Origin: Gracilinanus agilis
Taxonomy: Eukaryota
Reading direction: 5' to 3'
NCBI RefSeq assembly: GCF_016433145.1
Contig: NC_058130.1
Span: 389,835,963-389,899,962, forward strand
Length of the DNA: 64,000 bases
The notes under the pieces were generated by a model, which saw only the letters and a program-made list of their open reading frames with translations, made no database searches and was not told where the DNA came from. This document shows positions 1 to 64,000 of this stretch, piece by piece; positions within the stretch are counted from its first letter, which is position 1; every line of letters starts with the position of its first letter. The position numbers and the translations under genes are program-made.

Positions 1-101
1 TTATTAGGTGTGACTCACACACTCAGGCTAGGTTTTTCTTATTGTGTAAGCCTGTTACTGGCGAACGATGTTCTCTTAAAACTGCATTTGACCCTAAGTA
101 A

Positions 102-287
102 GGAGGCAGTATAGTGTCATGAAAGCTGGGATGATGGGATCTGTGTCTTGAGCTATAATCCCTGTTCTGCCATTAACTAGTAATGCAACTTTGTACAAAT
201 CCTAACTTCAGCTTTCAGGGGCTTTAGTTTCCTCTTACATAAAATTGTGGCATTGGATTAGATTATTTCTAAAGTTTCTTCCAGCTC
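102..287 (+). mobile_element. MIR3/MIR-like CORE-SINE remnant
   Basis: gaggcagtatagtg...cctgttctgccattaactag...tttagtttcctc...ggattagattatttctaaagtttcttccagctc resembles the MIR3 3' end. Confidence 0.6.
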
Positions 288-1184
288 ATTAATTGCATTA
301 AGACAAGCTTCCACTTGTCTAAGGAAAGGATCTTGGCTGAAGTGGGCTCAAATATAATGCCACTGATTCTCAGGTAAAAGGCAAAAATAGGCTATATTTC
401 CTCACTCCAAACCCCAAGTTTCTGGATTCAAATCTTGCCTCAGGTAGCAAATTTCTCAACAGATTCTCTTTCAAGCACATAAAAAAGAGAAAATAGCTTT
501 CACTGACTTTGGATTTCCATATTAATTCTCCAGTACTAAGATGATGAAACAGATAATGAATCAATCTTCTACTTTTTCTATCTCACTGTTCATTCTCTGA
601 CTTTCCCTGAATGACCTAAGGGGAAGGCATGTTTTAAAAAATACATCTCTAACTAAATATTTGATGTAGATTATTAGCACTACAGATTTCCTGTCCACCC
701 AGATAGCTATTTACCATAGCTCAGCTGCCATAGACAAAAGACAAAGAACTCCAATTTGAGTTCATTGAAGCAATAAGGTCCACATGGGGAACCTATATCA
801 GAGATGTGTTTTCATATGAGTTTCCTGCAATAATTTAGGGAAGCAGTTGGGAATGCTGTTTCTGAATTTAGTATGCATTTATATGACTTCTCAGAACCAT
901 GATCAAACCCAGAAGAGAGAGTCTCTTAAATTTTAAATAATTTATGCTAACATTCATGTCTAATTGATATAGCTAAATGAGAGCTGACTGAAAAGTTGCC
1001 ACAACTCAGCTCATTTTCCCCAGACAAATAAAATCTAAAAATCTATGCACAGCATAATTCACTTATCCTTTTTCTATTGAATGTTATGAACTGGAACAAA
1101 GAAAGATGGACAGTTGGTAGAAGAATAAAGAACCTTCTGATACACTGTTAAAAAAAATTATAAAGCGTTTAAAAGGCAACAAAC

Positions 1185-62485
<61,301 letters not shown>

Positions 62486-64000
62486 CTGGAAGAATAAGAA
62501 AAAAACATAAGCTATGGAGTAAATGAATTTAAAAAAAAAAAAAAAAAAAAGCTTGATCACTTAAAAAAAATCATTCAATCCTTTCACTGAAAGCAGAATG
62601 AATCTTTATACTACTCTTCTGCTAGTATAATATGAAAGGCAGTTAAGAAGAAACCACCACCTTTCCAAGAAAAATATTTAGAGAAAATCACCTTCCTTTT
62701 TTTAGTTCTCAACATTTTTATCCAGATGGTCTCACAGTTGGGCCCTAGTTAGAATTAACTACCAAAAAAAGTAGGGAAAAGAGTTCAAAAAATAAAAGGA
62801 CAATACATAGGTCATATTTGCATTTTAATCCTACATTTAAAACTAACTTAAAAAGCAAGTAGTTCACTACTTTGGTTTGCAAACTCTTCGGGGCAAATAT
62901 AATCCATAATGCGAAAGGAAAGATAAAGAAAATGAGAAAGAAAACAGTGAATGTATGATGATGAATAACACTCAATGAATGCCTACAATACACAAAGCAC
63001 TGGACAGAACAAAGGGTTAATTGTAGTTTTTGTGAAGAGGGACACATAACTTTTTCCTAACTCTCACAAGTCATGGATTCTAGATCCCAGCCTCTGAGGA
63101 AAGCTCAGCAAATCTCAGGAAGGAAAAAAACAAAACAAAAAAACAAAAACAAACAAAAAAACCCAACAAACCAAAAACCAAAACTCAGAATGGTATGAAA
63201 AATGCTGCCTATTGTTGAAAAATTTGCTATATAGTGTTCTATTTACAAGGTAAGATCATTCAAAATGGCAAAAGAAATATTGACCAAATTACACATGGCC
63301 AATGAATAAAGGAATCTCTTGTTTACATCGAAAATAATGACAATAGGTACCCACCACACAAGTAGAGGGATGTATGTGTGTATGTGTGAAATATATAGCT
63401 ATATACATCTAAGTCAAAAAGCTATAATTTCATCAATGTGGGAGCACCTTCCAACGATGCAGAGGTGTCTGTCTCTAAATTGGGAGATTAGTCCTGATGA
63501 GTAGTCTAAGGCTCAGTCTATACTTACATAGTTAGTTAATGGCAAAAGCAGAGTTTGACTCCAAGACTTACATATTCAAAATCTTGTAGTCTATTCACGC
63601 TGCCATTTTAGCTCTGTCTGTATATCTGTGTGTCACATTAATTTTTATTTCCCCCCATTTAATTCCGAATCTCATATATTTCATCATGGTATGGATATAA
63701 CCCTAGGTTCTTCACAATAGAGGGTGAAATTTATTAAGTTATGCCAAGTTGAAAACAGCTATAATAGAGCCTTTCATTCCAGGATTGGACTAGTTAACTC
63801 CATATAGATTCACTACTAAGAGGTTTAAAATCAAGGCATGAATTCAAAAGGCTACAAAATTGCCATAAAACTCTATGAAGGTGGGTTCATGACTTGCTTT
63901 ACTGGAGGAAGTACTCATGCTTATGAAATCATACATTCTTTAAAGTAATGATACATGTCCACTACCTATTTCTTACTTAGCATTTCCTTGATTTAGGTCA

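Overview
This is AT-rich, CpG-poor marsupial genomic DNA. The didelphid-type CORE-SINE tail and the sized N-gaps suggest Monodelphis domestica or a close relative, but the species call is an inference. The whole window lies inside one gene on the minus strand, NEDD4L (NEDD4-2, a C2-WW-HECT E3 ubiquitin ligase). I located 16 consecutive GT-AG coding exons by hand (75, 60, 132, 120, 198, 78, 55, 59, 66, 230, 122, 71, 96, 74, 61 and 60 nt). They total 1557 nt and splice into one open frame of 519 aa, matching human residues about 331-849 (exons about 12-27 in human numbering, recalled from memory). The frame covers the three SGK1/Akt phospho-sites, WW2-WW4 and most of the HECT domain. The 5' exons and the exons carrying the catalytic Cys lie outside the window. 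Introns are dense in SINE1/Opo-1-like and MAR1 SINEs, MIR/MIR3, L1, L2 and L3 remnants. They also hold one solo LTR, two DNA-transposon relics, microsatellites and two assembly gaps. There is no prokaryotic-type system, CRISPR array, tRNA or rRNA gene, and I cannot claim a confirmed new system. The best leads concern splicing and RNA structure: a NAGNAG acceptor on the regulatory cassette exon, candidate poison or cassette exons, SINE-borne cryptic exons, inverted repeat pairs around HECT exons, and an antisense solo LTR. Repeat boundaries and family names come from recognition by eye and are approximate.
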